Positions 61,038 to 64,000 of a DNA stretch of 64,000 nucleotides are shown in pieces; within the stretch, counting starts at the first letter, position 1, and every line of letters begins with the position of its first letter. A program made the position numbers and the translations under genes. This DNA is from the human T2T-CHM13v2.0 reference genome, Homo sapiens: assembly GCF_009914755.1 (NCBI RefSeq), contig NC_060936.1; one strand, given 5' to 3'. Under the pieces are notes generated by a model. That model was not told the origin of the DNA. It made no database searches and saw nothing but the letters and a program-made list of their open reading frames with translations.

Positions 61038-63335
61038 TGATATGGTTTGGCTGTGTCCCCACCAAAATCTCATCTTGAATTGTCGCTCCCATAACCCCCA
61101 CATATTGCGGGAGGGGCCAGGTGGGAGGTAATTGAATCATGGAGGTGGGTTATTCCCACACTGTTCTCATGATAGTGAATAAGTCTCACGAGATCTGATG
61201 GTTTTATAAAGGGCAATTACCCTGCACTTCTCTCTTGCCTTTTGCCATGTAAGACGTGTGTTTGCTTCTCCTTCACCTTCTGCCATGATTGTGTGGCCCC
61301 CCCAGCCATGTGGAACTGTGAGTCCATTAAATCTCTTTTTCTTTATAAATTACCCAGTCTCAGGTATTTCTTCACAGCAGTATGAAAATGGACTAAAGCA
61401 GTAAATTGGTACCGGGATTAGTGGGGCACTGCTGTAAATATACCTAAAAATGTGGAAGCAACTTTGGAACTGGGTAACAAGCAGAGGTTGGAATAGTTTG
61501 ATGGGTTGAAGAGAAGACAGGAAAATGTGAGAATGTTTGGAACTTCCTAGAGACTTGCAGGGCTTTGGAGACAGGAAAATGTTGGAAAGTTTGGAACTTC
61601 CTGGAGACTTGTTGAATGGCTTTGATCAAAACACCGATAGTGATATGGACAATGAAGTCCAGGCTGAGGTGGTCTCAGATGGAGATGAGGAACTTCTTGG
61701 GAACTAGAGCAAAGGTGACTCTTGCTATGCTTTAGCAAAGAGACTGCTGGCTTTTTGCCCCTGCCCTAGAGAATTTTGAACTTGAGAGAGATGATTTAGG
61801 GTATCTGGTGGAAAAAATTTCTAAGCAGCAAAGCATTCAAGAGATGACAGAGCATAAAAGTTTGGAAAACTTGCAGCCTGACATTGCAGTAGAAAAGAAA
61901 AACCCATTTTCTGGGGACAAATTCAAGCCAGCTGCAGAAATTTGCGTAAGTAACAAGAAGCCAAATGCTAATCACCAAGATGATGGAGAAAATGTCTCCA
62001 GGACATGTCAGAGACCTTCACAGCAGCCCCTCCCATCCCAGGCCCTGAGGCCTAGGGAGGAAAAATGATTTCCTGGGCCAGGTCCAGGGCCCTCCTGCTG
62101 TGTACACCCTTGGAACTTGGTGCCCTACATCCCAGGCACTCCAATCATGGCTAAAAGGGGCCAAGGTACAGCTCAAGCTTGGCTTCAGAGGATGCAAACT
62201 CCAAGCCTTGGCAGCTTCCGTATGGTATTGACCCTACGGGGCACAGAAGTCAAGAATTGAGGTTTGGGAACCTCCACCTAGATTTCAGAAGATGTGTGGA
62301 AACACCTGGATGTCCAGGCAGAGGTTTGTTGTAAGGGCAGGGCCCTCATGGACCCCTGCTAGCGCAGTGCAGAAGGGACATGCGGGGTTGGAGCGCCCCC
62401 ACAGAGTCCCCAATGGGATACTGCCTAGTGGAGCTGTGAGAAGAGGGCCACTGTCCTACAGACCCCAGAATGGTAGATCCACCGACAGCTTGCACCGTGC
62501 ACCTGGAAAAGCCACAGACACGCAACACCAGCCCATAAAATCAGCCAGAAAGAGCACTGTATCCTACAAAACCACAGAGGTGAAGATGCCCAAGGCCATG
62601 GAAGCCCACCTCTTGCATCAGCACGACCTGTATGTGAGACATGGAGTCAAAGGAGATCATTTTGGAATGTTAAGGTTTAATGACTGCCCATTGGATTTTA
62701 GACTTATGTTGGGCCTGTAGCCCCTTTGTTTTGGCCAATTTCTCCCATTTGGAATGGGTATATTTACCCAATGTCTGTACCCCTATTGTATCTAGGAAGT
62801 AACTTGCTTTTGATTTTGCAGGCTCATAGACAAAAGGGATTTGCCTTATCTCTGATAAGACTTTGGACTTGGACTTTTGAGTTAATGCTGAAATGAGTTA
62901 AGACTTTGGGGGACTGTTGGAAGGGCACATTGTGTTTTGAAATGTGAGGACATAAGATTTGGGAGGGACCAGGGGCAGAATGATATGATTTGGCTGTGTC
63001 TCCACCCAAATCTCATTTTGAATTGTAGCTCCCATAATCCCCATGTGTCATGGAAGGGACCCAGTGGGAGGTAATTGAATCATGGGGGCGGTTTTTCCCA
63101 TGCCATTCTTGTGATAGTGACATTTCACAAGATCTGATGATTGTATAAAGGGCAGTTCCTTTGTACTTTTCTCTTGCCTGCCACCATGTAAGATGTCCTT
63201 TGCTCCTCCTTCTTCTGCCATGATTGTGAGGCCTCCCCAGCCATGTGGAACTATGAGTCCCTTAAATCTCTCTTTATTTATAAATTGCCCAGTCTTGGGT
63301 ATTTCTTTATAGCAGTATGAAAATGGACTAATACA
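61038..63335 (+). mobile_element. Complete THE1C-type MaLR element (5' LTR 61038-61400, internal 61401-62980, 3' LTR 62981-63335)
   Basis: Both LTRs run TGATATG...GACTAA(T/A)(A/G)CA. 5-bp TSD CCTAG/TCTAG. The internal region is collinear with the element at 601-2887. Confidence 0.93.
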
Positions 63336-64000
63336 TCTAGCAATACAACACTAATTTTTAACTGTAATCATTACTAAAATTCTAGGGTACTGTGGCATTG
63401 ACCAAAGCATGAAATATTAAAAAATATTATGCCACTTCACTACTTTCATATATGGCCCTTTCTTGATTCTAAGACTTCTGAAAAAAAAATAAGAAAATAT
63501 GTAAGCCCACAGGTTAAGATATTTAGGAGATTCTAATAGCTGCAACTGGTAAAATGCTGCAAATGTAGGATTTGTCTTCCAGAGTATATGCAAACATAGA
63601 CCTAGACCCTTTTGTACCTCATCATTGTAAATACCATAATACAGCAATCCAATGGATGCTTAAATGTGACTATTTTTAAGACACAATGTACTGAGCCTCT
63701 TCAATAGCTTTAAAATCTCACACATCTGTGGTACATGTTGCCCTGTCAATATTTGCGAGCTTAGGAGCTGAATAACCTAAAATGGGTAATGTACTACCTT
63801 ACAACCAAATATGAGTTAGGGTCACTGTGACCAGTAATCTGAGGTAAACTGTTTTTTCATCTATAATAAAGGAAGGCAACAAGATATCAATTTACTTGTC
63901 AAAAATAGTTATAATTATTACAGGTACATTGTACTATATGTTTGTATCTGGAAATTAGCCTCTGCAAAGCTTATGTTATTACTGCCTACACGTTTTTCTT

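Overview
Hominid genomic DNA (human or a great ape; I cannot tell which from the sequence alone) covering the IAPP/SLCO1A2 locus. The complete three-exon IAPP (islet amyloid polypeptide, amylin) gene lies on the + strand at about 47.58-54.65 kb, with TATA promoter, an 89-aa prepro-peptide and several poly(A) signals. The first coding exon of SLCO1A2 (OATP1A2; MGETEKRIETHRIRCLSKLK) lies on the - strand at 9237-9296. It is preceded by a splice acceptor, and a candidate 127-nt SLCO1A2 5'UTR exon sits antisense inside IAPP intron 2, so IAPP appears to be nested in the SLCO1A2 5' region. The rest is mostly transposable elements: two THE1C-type MaLR elements, a MER4B-type ERV1 remnant, solo LTRs, a full-length inactive L1PA5/6-type element, older L1/L2/MIR fragments and about a dozen Alus. 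This is a known locus and I find no convincing new biological system. The best leads are (i) an intact antisense ORF0 with retained splice donors in the otherwise dead L1, pointing towards SLCO1A2; (ii) the interleaved, uORF-rich antisense exon; (iii) several local duplications, one carrying a nuclear-receptor DR0/NR5A motif; and (iv) a possible ancient MULE/FLYWCH-like relic at 20.4-21.6 kb. Repeat subfamily names come from recalled consensus sequences, not from a database search.
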